64,000 nt of DNA from Myxococcaceae bacterium (GCA_017881265.1 JADGRA010000012.1:15534-79533), one strand, 5' to 3'; positions 46,214-55,440 are shown, counted from the first letter of the stretch. Made by a program: numbers and translations. The notes: generated by a model from the letters alone, not told the origin.

Positions 46214-46429
46214 ATGTCGGACGTGGCGGCGCACATCACCGGGACGGTCTGGAAGGTGGAGGTGTCGGTCGGGCAGAAGGTCGCCGCCGGCGAGGTGCTG
46301 GTCATCCTCGAGTCGATGAAGATGGAGATGCCCATCGAAGCGCCCGAGGCCGGGACGGTGAAGGAAGTGCGCTGTCAGCCAGCGCAGGCGGTGAACGAGG
46401 GTGACGTGCTGGTGGTGCTCGACCCGTGA
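46214..46429 (+). CDS. Minimal biotin carboxyl carrier protein (biotinyl/lipoyl domain only)
   Basis: 71 aa. GAAGGAAGGGGAG precedes the [31 protein letters not shown] has the biotinylation motif E-S-M-K-M. Confidence 0.85.
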   Translation: MSDVAAHITGTVWKVEVSVGQKVAAGEVLVILESMKMEMPIEAPEAGTVKEVRCQPAQAVNEGDVLVVLDP

Positions 46430-47199
46430 CGGGGGCCGAAGGCGCGGTCCGTTGCGCGGACCTGCCCAGCGGCGTCCGGGTGGTGACGCTCGTGCGTCCG
46501 GCCAGCCGCAACGCCCTCACCCCGGCCATGCTCGGCGGGCTGGAGCAGGCCTTCGCGCCGCTCCCCAGCGTCCGGGCGCTGGTGGTGGAAGGGGAGGGGA
46601 CCGCCTTCTGCGCGGGCTACGACTTGGACTGCCTGGAGGCGGACGCGCTGGCCGGGCGTGCTCCGGACGCCCACCTGCAGCGCGTCTTTCGGCTCCTAGA
46701 GGAGGCGCCGGTCCCGTCGGTGGCGCTGGTGCACGGCGCGGCCTTCGGTGCCGGGTGCGAGCTGGCGTGTGCGTGTGACTTTCGCCTCGGCAGCCCGGAC
46801 GCCGTCTTCTGCCTGCCGCCCTTGAAGCTGGGGATTGTCTACGCCCCGGACGGGGTGTGGCGGCTGGCGCGGCTGGTGGGCCTGCAGCGGGCGCGGGAAA
46901 TGTTGCTCACCGGGCGGACGGTGGGCACCGAGGCGGCGCTGAGCTGGGGGCTGCTCGACGGGCTGGAGGCAGATGCGGCGGCCGCCGGGCGCGTCCTGGC
47001 GGAGGAACTGGCCGCGGCAGCCCCCCTGGCCATGGCCGGCACCCGGCTGCTGCTGCGGCGCCTCGGCCGCGCGCCTTTCTCGGAGGCCGAACGGCTCGAG
47101 CTGGAAGAGGTGCGGGCGCGGGCCTTCGCCTCGGCCGACGCGGCAGAGGGCCGAGCGGCCGTCCGGGAGCGACGACGGGGGCGTTTCCAGGGCCAGTAG
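46426..47199 (+). CDS. Enoyl-CoA hydratase/isomerase (crotonase) family protein
   Basis: GTG 46426 overlaps the BCCP stop (GTGA). [46 protein letters not shown]. Confidence 0.85.
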   Translation: MTGAEGAVRCADLPSGVRVVTLVRPASRNALTPAMLGGLEQAFAPLPSVRALVVEGEGTAFCAGYDLDCLEADALAGRAPDAHLQRVFRLLEEAPVPSVALVHGAAFGAGCELACACDFRLGSPDAVFCLPPLKLGIVYAPDGVWRLARLVGLQRAREMLLTGRTVGTEAALSWGLLDGLEADAAAAGRVLAEELAAAAPLAMAGTRLLLRRLGRAPFSEAERLELEEVRARAFASADAAEGRAAVRERRRGRFQGQ

Positions 47200-47205
47200 G
47201 GCGCC

Positions 47206-47799
47206 TCAGGCGCCGCCGAACAGCTCCGCCATCCGGAGCCGGAGGGCGGACGCAATCTTGTACAGCGAGCTGATGGAGGCGGACGACTCGGCGCGCTCGA
47301 TTTGGCTGAGGAGCGAGACGGAAAGCCCGGTGCGGCGAGCGAGCTGCTTCAACGTGAGTTCCTGCCCCTTGCGCGCCTCGCGGATGGTGCGCCCAATGGC
47401 CCGGTGCAGCTCGGCCTCCGGGTCCTTGCTGAGGCCCTTCTTGGCCAGCGCTGCCTCCACCGCGGCCAGCAGCTCCTCGGGCTCGACGGGCTTCTTCACG
47501 TAGTCGGAGGCCTGGGCCTTGAGGGAGGCCACCGCCGTGTCGACTGCCGGGTGGGCGGTGGCGACGATGACGGCGATGTCCGAGTCGAAGGAGCGAATCT
47601 TCTCCAGCACCTCGGTCCCGGACATCTGCGGCATCATCATGTCCAGGATGACGAGGTGAAAGTCCTCGGCCCGCAGGCGGTCGAGGACTTGGGTCGGGTC
47701 GGTGAGGGCCACCACTTCGTAGCCGGCCTTGCTCAGGAGCAGCTGGAGGTAGTCGCCGGTCTCCTTCTCGTCATCGACGACCAGGATGCGTATTTGCAT
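47206..47799 (-). CDS. Response regulator with receiver domain and C-terminal XRE-type (Cro/C1) HTH
   Basis: Track ORF trimmed to ATG 47799 (AGGAGA 6 nt upstream). ILVVDDE, phospho-acceptor LVILDMMMPQMSG, VIVATAH, KKP. Then TLKQLARRTGLSVSLLSQIERAESSASISSLYKIASAL (HTH_XRE). Confidence 0.85.
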   Translation of the reverse strand: MQIRILVVDDEKETGDYLQLLLSKAGYEVVALTDPTQVLDRLRAEDFHLVILDMMMPQMSGTEVLEKIRSFDSDIAVIVATAHPAVDTAVASLKAQASDYVKKPVEPEELLAAVEAALAKKGLSKDPEAELHRAIGRTIREARKGQELTLKQLARRTGLSVSLLSQIERAESSASISSLYKIASALRLRMAELFGGA

Positions 47800-47807
47800 C
47801 GCGTCTC

Positions 47808-49349
47808 CTAGCGCGGGGGGGCCTGCCCCGTAGCTTTCTTCTGGTTTTCCCAATCCTCAAGAATCTTCTTCACACGGGGCACTTCTGGGTCATCGGCCGC
47901 GGCCAGGGCGAGGAAGCGTCGGTAGTGCCGCGCGGCGTCGTCCATCTGACCTAGCTTCTCATAGCTCGAGCCCAGCATCAGGTGGCATCGCGCGAAATCC
48001 GCGTCCTTCTCCAAGCAATGAGAGAAGGAGGTGACGGCGGCCGGGACTTGCCCCGCGTCGTACAGGCGGCGCCCCTCCTGGTAACTGGCCAGCGCCTCAC
48101 TTGGGGTACCGGCCACCAGGGCGCCCTTCTTCGGCTTGGGCCGCAGGGCCTCGGTGGCCCGGGCCTTCAGCACCTCTGCCTCCAGCGCCCAGGCGTGCGT
48201 CCCATGGGCGCCCTTCAGCTGCCGCAGCGCGGCACCCGGACGGCCCGCGTCCAATTCCCGCTGTGCCGCCGCCACCGCGCGGCCGGCGGCGGCCTCGGCC
48301 CGGGCCGTCTTCCGCAGCGAGGCAACCTCCGCCGCCCGGTGCGGGTCCTTCACCGTGTTGAGGAGCTGCAGCGCATGGGCGAAGTCCCGGGCCTGCATGG
48401 CCGCGCGGGCCTGGGCCACGGCGTCCCCGGGCACCGCGGGCGGCGCGGCGACAGGGCCCGGGGCGACGGTGGAGGGGGAGACCTCCAGGACCGGCTCCTC
48501 ATGGCCCGCGGGGGGCCCTTGGGGCGTGGGCGGCCGGGGCCCGGCGGGGGGCGGCGGGGAGGTCAGCTGCCGGACGCCGAGCACCGCCAGCACGGCCGCG
48601 GCCAGAAGCCCCAAAAGGGCCAGGGGAAGACGCGCCGGCGCGCGCCTGGGCAGCTGCGGCACCGAGGCGCCCGGGCCGACGAAGCGCAGCCGCAGTGCCC
48701 CGAGCGCGAGGACATCCCCGTCTTTGAGGGGGGTGTCGGCGGCAGGGACGCCATTCACCCGCACCGCCCCGCCCACCTCCTGCAGGTGCCAGTCATTGGC
48801 GGCCGTCTGCACCAGCTTGCCGTGAAGGTCGGCCAGCGAGCGGTGGGGGATGGACAGCTCGGCCCGGGCGTCCTTCCCGATGCGCACCTCCGAGCGTCCC
48901 ACCGTCCACAGCGTCCCCCGCAGCCGCCCGTTGAGCGCCAGCAGCCGGGGCTGGACCTCCGCCACCAGGGCTGCCACCGGGTGGGGCGCGGTGTCGTGGA
49001 TGGCCGACACCGGCGACTCGACGGTGTCCGCCTCCACCACCTGGATGCGGTGGATGTCCGTGTCATGCTGAAGGACGATGCCGTAGTCGCCGATGCGCAG
49101 GAGGTCTCCGTCCTGGAGCGCCCGGGGGGTCGTCACCTTCTTCCCATTGAGGAGGATGCCGTTGGCGGAGTGCAGGTCCTCCACCACCAGCGTGCCCCCC
49201 TGGGCATAGAAGCGGGCGTGCCTCCGGGAGATGTTGCGTTCCGACAGCTGGATGGTGTTGCCTGGCGCCCGCCCGAGCGTGACCTCCTCCAGCCCGTCGA
49301 CGGGAATCTCCTGGCGCTTCCCCTCGTCGTCTTCGATGACCAGCTTCAT
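47808..49349 (-). CDS. Two-FHA-domain, single-TM, TPR-containing signalling protein
   Basis: Trimmed to ATG 49349. FHA1 is VTLGRAPGNTIQLSERNISRRHARF...LHSANGILLNG. FHA2 is WTVGRSEVRIGKD..AELSIPHRSLADLHGKL...GAVRVNG. TM is LPLALLGLLAAAVLAVLGV, followed by a Pro-rich linker and C-terminal TPR-like helices. The stop is 8 nt before the REC-XRE start. Confidence 0.85.
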   Translation of the reverse strand: MKLVIEDDEGKRQEIPVDGLEEVTLGRAPGNTIQLSERNISRRHARFYAQGGTLVVEDLHSANGILLNGKKVTTPRALQDGDLLRIGDYGIVLQHDTDIHRIQVVEADTVESPVSAIHDTAPHPVAALVAEVQPRLLALNGRLRGTLWTVGRSEVRIGKDARAELSIPHRSLADLHGKLVQTAANDWHLQEVGGAVRVNGVPAADTPLKDGDVLALGALRLRFVGPGASVPQLPRRAPARLPLALLGLLAAAVLAVLGVRQLTSPPPPAGPRPPTPQGPPAGHEEPVLEVSPSTVAPGPVAAPPAVPGDAVAQARAAMQARDFAHALQLLNTVKDPHRAAEVASLRKTARAEAAAGRAVAAAQRELDAGRPGAALRQLKGAHGTHAWALEAEVLKARATEALRPKPKKGALVAGTPSEALASYQEGRRLYDAGQVPAAVTSFSHCLEKDADFARCHLMLGSSYEKLGQMDDAARHYRRFLALAAADDPEVPRVKKILEDWENQKKATGQAPPR

Positions 49350-49437
49350 CCAGAGGGTTGGGGGCAGGCTTCGCCGGTTCGGCGGGGTATACCAGAGGCG
49401 GACGTCACCCCCACACCTGAAAGGACACCATCCCGCC

Positions 49438-50100
49438 ATGCAACTGTCCACGCGCCTCCGCGAAGTGCTGGCCGAGCACAGCCTCCTGTCCCACCCCTAC
49501 TACCAGGCGTGGAACCGTGGGGCCCTCTCGCGGGAAACACTGAGGGATTACGCGGTGCAGTATTTCGCGCAGGTGGATGCCTTCCCGCGCTTCGTCTCCA
49601 CCGTCCACAGCCAGTGCCCGGACATCCGGGTGCGCAAGGTGCTTCTGCAGAACCTCATCGACGAGGAGCTCCACGGGGCAGACCATCCCGAGCTCTGGTT
49701 GCGGTTTGCCCAGGCGCTGGGGGCCAGCCCGGAGGCCGTTCACCGGGCGGAGCTGCTTCCGGAGACGCGCGCCACCGTCGACACCCTTTTCCAACTCGCC
49801 TCGGGCGACTGGCGGGACGGGCTGTGCGCCCTCTTCGCTTACGAGGCGCAGGTGCCCGAGGTGGCCCGGACGAAGATGGACGGGCTCCGGCGCTTCTACG
49901 GACTCACCGACGAGCGGGCGCTCGGCTTCTTTCAGGCGCACCTGACGTACGACGTCGAGCACTCCCGGGCGGTGGCGGCGCTGGTGGATGCCCATGCCGA
50001 GCCTGAGCGCGCCGAACGCGCCACCCGGCTGGCGGCACAGGCGCTGTGGGGCTTCCTCGACGGGGTGAGCCGGCAGGCAGCCATCCCTCTCGTCGCTTGA
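49438..50100 (+). CDS. Heme-oxygenase-like di-iron protein of the CADD / PqqC / TenA superfamily
   Basis: Trimmed to ATG 49438. HPYYQAWNRGALSRETLRDYAVQYF..V..FPR, putative metal ligands in IDEELHG and AYEAQVP, and HLTYDVEHSR. About 220 aa, like Chlamydia CADD. Confidence 0.8.
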   Translation: MQLSTRLREVLAEHSLLSHPYYQAWNRGALSRETLRDYAVQYFAQVDAFPRFVSTVHSQCPDIRVRKVLLQNLIDEELHGADHPELWLRFAQALGASPEAVHRAELLPETRATVDTLFQLASGDWRDGLCALFAYEAQVPEVARTKMDGLRRFYGLTDERALGFFQAHLTYDVEHSRAVAALVDAHAEPERAERATRLAAQALWGFLDGVSRQAAIPLVA

Positions 50101-50123
50101 GAAACCGTTCGGCCGGGGGCTCC

Positions 50124-52445
50124 GTGGTAGAAGCCCGCCCCGTGACGAAGCCTTCCGCAGAGGCGAGCGTGTCGCGTTCGGGCGTCCTGGAGACGCTTCT
50201 GGGCGCATGGGTATGGAACCACGCCTGGGTGCAGCGGCTCCGGGCGCTCCCCGAGGGCTGGCGCATCGCCGGTGGCGCGGGCCTTCTGGCCGCGCTGGTA
50301 TTCGTGCCCTACGTTGGCGCGGTGGGCCTGTGGGACCCCTGGGAAACCCACTACGGCGAAGTCGGTCGGGAGATGATTGCCCGGGCCGACTACGTGTACC
50401 CCTACTGGGAAAGCGGCTGGTTCTTCAGCAAGCCGCCCCTCACCATGTGGATTGACGTGCTCGGGATGCTGCTGGTCGGCATCAACCACGGCACCGGCAA
50501 GCTTCCGCTCTACACCGAGTGGGCGATGCGGTTGCCCTTCGCGCTCATGTCCGTCGGTGCGCTGGCCACCCTGGCCTGGGCGCTGGCCCGGACGGTGAAC
50601 CGACGGGTGGGCCTGGCGGCGGCCTTCGTGCTAGCCACCATGCCGCTCTACTTCCTCATCAGCCGCCAGGCCGTCACCGACACGCCCTTCGTCGCCACCC
50701 TCATCGCCGCCATGGCCTGCGCGATGGTGGGCCTCTTCGACACGAAGACGCGCCGCCGCGCCGCATGGTGGTACGCCTTCTACGTCCTGCTCGGGCTGTC
50801 CACGCTGGCCAAGGGCATCCTCGGGGTCGCGCTGCCAGCGGCGGTCCTGCTCCTCTACGCAGCCTTCTTCGTCTTCCCGTGGAGCTGGGACAGCCTGCAG
50901 GCCCACGGCCGGTGGCTGGTCGAGCGAGCCCGGGGGCTGTGGCCCTCTGCCCGCGCCTCGCGCCAGGCGGCCGGAACGCCCACGCCGGTGCTCTTCGCCG
51001 AGCTCGGGCGGATGCACTTTTTCTCGGGCGTGGCGGTCTTTCTCGCCGTGGCGCTGCCCTGGTACCTCACGCTGTCTTTGTTCCCGGCGGTGGACCTCGA
51101 GAACAAGACCTTCTTCTACCGCTTCTTCATCCACGACCACGTGAACCGTCTCCTCGAGGGCGTGCACACCACGACGCCCGGAGGGACCTTCATCTACTTC
51201 ATTGAGCAGGGCGGCTTCGCCATCTTCCCCTGGGTGGCGCTCGTCCCCGGAGCCCTGGCCGGCGTGGTGCGTCTGCGCCTGGGCGCTCAGGACACCCGCA
51301 CCCGGGTGGCCTTCATCGCACTCGCCTGGACCGTGGTGGCCTTCTTCGTGATGGACATCTCGGCCACCAAGTTTCACCACTACGTGCTGCCGGTGCTGCC
51401 CGGGGTGGCCATCCTGGTGGCGCTCTTCGTGGACGAGTTGTGGGAGGACGGTATTGCCGCGCACGGCGTCAGCCTGCTGCTCGGTCTCATCTTCTTCATC
51501 CTGGTGGGCAAGGACCTCGCCAGTAACCCCAAGGACTTCACCGACCTCTTCGTCTACAACTATGACCGGCCCTACCCCGTCGAGCTCGACACCCGCGGCA
51601 TCCGCTTCGGGGACCACGTCCTGGCCATCGGAGACGTCGTGGCGGCGGTCCTGCTGGCGGCCGCGGCGTACTTCTTCGTCGACGGCTCGAAGGACCGGCA
51701 GGACGGCTGGTCCTCGCGCGTCTCGGCCGCCGTCCTCGGTGCCACTGGCTTGGCCGCGCTGGTGTCGGGGAAGGTTGCCGGCGTCTCGCCGCTCTTGGTG
51801 TGGGCCATCTGCGTCGCCGCCGCCGCGGCTTTTGCGCTGGTCGTCGCCATGCGTCTCAAAGGCCAGGCGCGCCGCTCGGCGCTGGGAATGGCGTGGTTCG
51901 TCGCGGCCGTCGCGGCGGCGTTGCTCTTCGCCGGGCTGCGCGCCGGCCTCAATGACCCGCTCCTGCTGCTGCTGCGACAGCCGCTCAACGTCAAGACCGC
52001 CATGGGGTGGTGCTTCGCGATGGCCGGGGTGGCCCTGGTGGTGGCGGCGGTGCGTGGTGCGCGGGCCGAGCTCTTCACCACCTTCTGCGTGCTGTCGCTC
52101 GGCTTCGCGCTCTGGTTCAGCTGGAGCCACTGGGTGGACCTCTCCCACCACTGGACGCAGCGCGACCTCTTCTGGCGCTACTACGACCAGCGCCGTCCGT
52201 ATGAGCCCATCACCGCGTACATGATGGACTGGAAGGGCGAGACCTTCTACAGCCGGAACACGGTGCGACAGATTAAGGACAGCGCCCCACGCCTCACCAT
52301 CTACGGGCAGCTTCCCGGCCGCAAGTGGGCGCTGGTGGAGCAGGCCCGCCTCGGGCTGCTGCGGCAGGCCGTCGGCCCGGACAAGCCGGTCAACCCCATC
52401 GACCGGAACCTCAACGTCAAGTTCGTGCTGGTGACCATCGAGTGA
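50124..52445 (+). CDS. Second GT-C / family 39 (PMT_2, ArnT-like) glycosyltransferase
   Basis: GLWDPWETHYGEVGREM...Y..PY......FFSKPPLTMW and LSTLAKGILG are typical of ArnT/PMT_2 enzymes. More than 12 TMs and a soluble C-terminal domain. The start is ambiguous (GTG 50124, 50127 or 50142). Confidence 0.8.
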   Translation: MVEARPVTKPSAEASVSRSGVLETLLGAWVWNHAWVQRLRALPEGWRIAGGAGLLAALVFVPYVGAVGLWDPWETHYGEVGREMIARADYVYPYWESGWFFSKPPLTMWIDVLGMLLVGINHGTGKLPLYTEWAMRLPFALMSVGALATLAWALARTVNRRVGLAAAFVLATMPLYFLISRQAVTDTPFVATLIAAMACAMVGLFDTKTRRRAAWWYAFYVLLGLSTLAKGILGVALPAAVLLLYAAFFVFPWSWDSLQAHGRWLVERARGLWPSARASRQAAGTPTPVLFAELGRMHFFSGVAVFLAVALPWYLTLSLFPAVDLENKTFFYRFFIHDHVNRLLEGVHTTTPGGTFIYFIEQGGFAIFPWVALVPGALAGVVRLRLGAQDTRTRVAFIALAWTVVAFFVMDISATKFHHYVLPVLPGVAILVALFVDELWEDGIAAHGVSLLLGLIFFILVGKDLASNPKDFTDLFVYNYDRPYPVELDTRGIRFGDHVLAIGDVVAAVLLAAAAYFFVDGSKDRQDGWSSRVSAAVLGATGLAALVSGKVAGVSPLLVWAICVAAAAAFALVVAMRLKGQARRSALGMAWFVAAVAAALLFAGLRAGLNDPLLLLLRQPLNVKTAMGWCFAMAGVALVVAAVRGARAELFTTFCVLSLGFALWFSWSHWVDLSHHWTQRDLFWRYYDQRRPYEPITAYMMDWKGETFYSRNTVRQIKDSAPRLTIYGQLPGRKWALVEQARLGLLRQAVGPDKPVNPIDRNLNVKFVLVTIE

Positions 52446-53365
52446 CCGCCCGCATCGAGGTCCACGGCCTCGGCAAGCAGTTCGGCGGTCGCACAGCGGT
52501 GGAGGGGCTCTCTTTCGCCGTCCAGTCCGGCGAGGTGTACGGGCTCCTCGGACCGAACGGCGCCGGGAAGACCACCACCGTGCGCATCCTCGCCGGGCTG
52601 CTTCGCCCCACCACCGGCACCGCCCGGGTGTGCGACCATGGCCTGGGCGACGGCGAGGCGCTCAGGCGCAGCGTCGGGCTTCTCACCGAGCAACCGGGCC
52701 TCTACGACCGACTGACTGGGCGGGAGAACCTGCGCTTCTTCATCCGCCTCAATGAACTCGACGAGGGACCGGCCTGGCAACGGGCCGAGGGCTACCTGCG
52801 ACGGTTTGACCTGCTTGGCCGCGAGGACGAGCCCTGCGGCAGCTACAGCAAGGGCATGCGGCAGAAGCTGGCCATCGTTCGCGCCCTGGTGCACGAGCCG
52901 GAGGTGCTCTTCCTCGATGAGCCCACCAGCGGGCTGGACCCGGAGGCGGCACGGACGGTGCGCGATGCGGTGGCCGAACTTGCCGCCGACGGGCGCACCA
53001 TCATCCTCTGCTCGCACAACCTGGCCGAGGTGGAACGCCTCTGTGGCCGGGTGGCGGTGGTGCGCACCCGGCTGCTGGCCGAGGGACCCATCAGCGTGCT
53101 GCGGCACCGCGGCAGCGTCCTCGAGGTCCGGGTGGAGGGGGAGGGCGAGGCCGCGGCCGCCTCGCTGGAGCCCCTTGGCCTGGACTGGACGACCCAGGGC
53201 GCGCTTGTGCGGGTGACGCTGCAACACGAACAGCAGGGGCCGGACGTGCTGGCGGCGCTGGTGCATGCCGGAGTGCGGGTGCGCAGCGCCGCACCCACCT
53301 CCCGCTCCCTGGAGGACGTGTACCTCGAACTGGTGCGTGATGCAGCCGCTGAGGAGGAAACGTGA
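52442..53365 (+). CDS. ABC transporter ATP-binding protein (ABC-2/DrrA-like)
   Basis: GTG 52442 overlaps the GT39 stop (GTGA). Walker A GPNGAGKTTT, signature YSKGMRQKLAIVRAL, Walker B VLFLDEPTSGLD, H-loop CSHNL. Confidence 0.92.
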   Translation: MTARIEVHGLGKQFGGRTAVEGLSFAVQSGEVYGLLGPNGAGKTTTVRILAGLLRPTTGTARVCDHGLGDGEALRRSVGLLTEQPGLYDRLTGRENLRFFIRLNELDEGPAWQRAEGYLRRFDLLGREDEPCGSYSKGMRQKLAIVRALVHEPEVLFLDEPTSGLDPEAARTVRDAVAELAADGRTIILCSHNLAEVERLCGRVAVVRTRLLAEGPISVLRHRGSVLEVRVEGEGEAAAASLEPLGLDWTTQGALVRVTLQHEQQGPDVLAALVHAGVRVRSAAPTSRSLEDVYLELVRDAAAEEET

Positions 53366-54162
53366 GCTTTCACTGGCGGCGGGCGCAGGCCGTTGCCTGG
53401 AAGGACGGGCTCGACCTGGCGAAGAATCCAGGCTTGGTGTGGAGCATGTTCGCCCTGCCGGCGGTGCTGGTGGTGGTGCCGACGTTGATGGTGTGGGCGT
53501 GGGTCCACTCGCCCGACGACACCACCTTCCGGGCGATGGCGCTCTACTACGACCCGAAATTCCCCTCCGGAGCGAGCCCCGTGCGCTTCCTCGTGGACAA
53601 GGTCCTCACCGACTGGTTCGGCCTCTTCCTCCTAATGCCGCTCTTCACCCCCATCCTCATCGCCTCGCAGAGCGTGGCCGGGGAAAAGGAACGACGCACC
53701 CTCGAGCCGCTGCTCGCCTCGCCGGTGACGTCCGCCGAGTTGGTGGCCGGGAAAAGTCTGGCGGCGGTGCTTCCTGCAGTCGTCATCTCCTGGGTGGCCT
53801 TCGTCGCCTTCTGCATCGCCGTCGACGCGGTGGCCTGGCCGCTGGTGCATGGGCCCGTGTTGCCCAACGGCGTCTGGCTGTTCGGCGTCGGCGTGGTGGC
53901 GCCCCTCTACGCCTTTCTGGGCAACGGCATCGCCGTGCTCGTCTCCGCGCGGGTGGGGGAGGCGCGGCTGGCGCAGCAGCTGTCGGCATTGGTGGTGCTG
54001 CCGCTCATGGGCCTGGTAGCCGGCCAGCTGGCCGGCTGGCTGCGCGCTGGGACCAGCTACTACGCCCTGCAGGGGGCGGTGGTACTGCTGCTCGACGTCG
54101 GGCTGGTGGTGGCGAGCATCCGTCTGTTTGACCGGGAACGCCTCATCAGCCGCTGGAGTTAG
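53362..54162 (+). CDS. ABC-2 type transporter permease
   Basis: GTG 53362 overlaps the ATPase stop (GTGA). 6-TM protein with the GEKERRTLEPLLASP motif common to ABC-2 (NatB-like) permeases. Confidence 0.8.
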   Translation: MSFHWRRAQAVAWKDGLDLAKNPGLVWSMFALPAVLVVVPTLMVWAWVHSPDDTTFRAMALYYDPKFPSGASPVRFLVDKVLTDWFGLFLLMPLFTPILIASQSVAGEKERRTLEPLLASPVTSAELVAGKSLAAVLPAVVISWVAFVAFCIAVDAVAWPLVHGPVLPNGVWLFGVGVVAPLYAFLGNGIAVLVSARVGEARLAQQLSALVVLPLMGLVAGQLAGWLRAGTSYYALQGAVVLLLDVGLVVASIRLFDRERLISRWS

Positions 54163-54305
54163 CCGGAAGGCGGGCCCCGTGGGCCGTGGCTTGCCCCGCT
54201 TTGGCAGAGCGCGCGTGCCTGTGCCATCCTTCGCGCCGGGGAGAAATGGGGCCCAAGGCCTCTTGCCGCCGTTCCCCCCGCAGCCCCTCGCTGGAGGTAC
54301 ACCGG

Positions 54306-55376
54306 ATGGGTCTCTTCGACTCGCTGAAGCAGGAAGCCCAGCGCAACTTCATCGCCCGCTCGGACGAGGCGAAGAACGACATTCTCTACGCCTGGCCGGA
54401 GCGCAACATCCGGATGCTGACCCAGCTCACGGTGGGCGCCGACGAGGTGGCCCTCTTCGTCAAGGACGGCACCGTGCAAGGAAAGCTGGGGCCGGGGAAG
54501 CACCAACTCGACGCCAACAGCATCCCCTTCCTCTCGCGCTTCCTGGAGAGCTTCACCGGCGGCAACCTCTTCGTCGCCGAGCTGTACTTCGTCAGCACCC
54601 GCGAATTTCCAAGCGTGAAGTTCGGCGGGCCCATCGGGGACGTGCGCGACCCGGAGACGGGCCTGGGCATCGGCACCATGGTGTACGGAGACTTCTCGGT
54701 GCGGGTGATGGACCCCGAGAGGCTGGTGGTGGGCCTGGTGGGCCTGCGCCGTACCAGCAACGAGGAATTCCTCGCCTGGTTCAAGAGCCAAGTCCTTAAA
54801 GTCGTCCGTGACCGCGTGGCCGAGCTCCTGGTGAAGAAGAAGTGGGCGCTGCTCGACGTCACCTCGGGCGCCTACACCGAGGAGATTGAGCAGGAGGTGC
54901 TGGCCGGGGTGAAACCCCACATCGACGGGTATGGTCTTACCGTGGTGCGCCTCGGCAACTTCACCATCGGCATCAAGCCCGAGGACGAGGCCACGCTGAA
55001 GCGCCTCACCAAGGACCAGGCCTATTCGAAGATGGCCGGCGGCTTTCAGCAGTACGCGGCCGGGCAGGCCATGCTTGGCGCGGCTGAGGGGATGGCCAAG
55101 GGAGGCGACGGGGGCGGCGGGATGCTCCAGGGCGCCGGTCTCGGCGTGGGGATGGGCATGGCGCAGATGCTTCAGCAGGCCCAAGGGGCACCCCGGCCGG
55201 CCGCCACCAGTCCAGCAGGGCCCCCCTGCCCAAAGTGCGGGACGCCCGGCACCGGGAAATTCTGCAGCAGCTGCGGGGCGCCGTTGGCAGTGGCCCTGGC
55301 GTGCAGCAAGTGCGGCGGCCAGCTCGCCCCTGGCGCCAAATTCTGCGGGAACTGTGGGCAGGCCACGTCAGCTTGA
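54306..55376 (+). CDS. SPFH (band-7, YdjI-like) domain protein with Gly/Met-rich linker and C-terminal double zinc ribbon
   Basis: Trimmed to ATG 54306 (GGAGG upstream). MGLFDSLK...F....D...DILYAWPE....I....QLTV...E.A.F.KDG matches the YdjI-type SPFH N-terminus. The C-terminus is CPKCG-x8-CSSCG ... CSKCG-x10-CGNCG. Confidence 0.8.
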   Translation: MGLFDSLKQEAQRNFIARSDEAKNDILYAWPERNIRMLTQLTVGADEVALFVKDGTVQGKLGPGKHQLDANSIPFLSRFLESFTGGNLFVAELYFVSTREFPSVKFGGPIGDVRDPETGLGIGTMVYGDFSVRVMDPERLVVGLVGLRRTSNEEFLAWFKSQVLKVVRDRVAELLVKKKWALLDVTSGAYTEEIEQEVLAGVKPHIDGYGLTVVRLGNFTIGIKPEDEATLKRLTKDQAYSKMAGGFQQYAAGQAMLGAAEGMAKGGDGGGGMLQGAGLGVGMGMAQMLQQAQGAPRPAATSPAGPPCPKCGTPGTGKFCSSCGAPLAVALACSKCGGQLAPGAKFCGNCGQATSA

Positions 55377-55440
55377 GTCTGGTGCGGCCGCCTGCTCCCA
55401 GCATCGGCAGCCCAGGGACACCGACGATGGCTCAGCGCTG

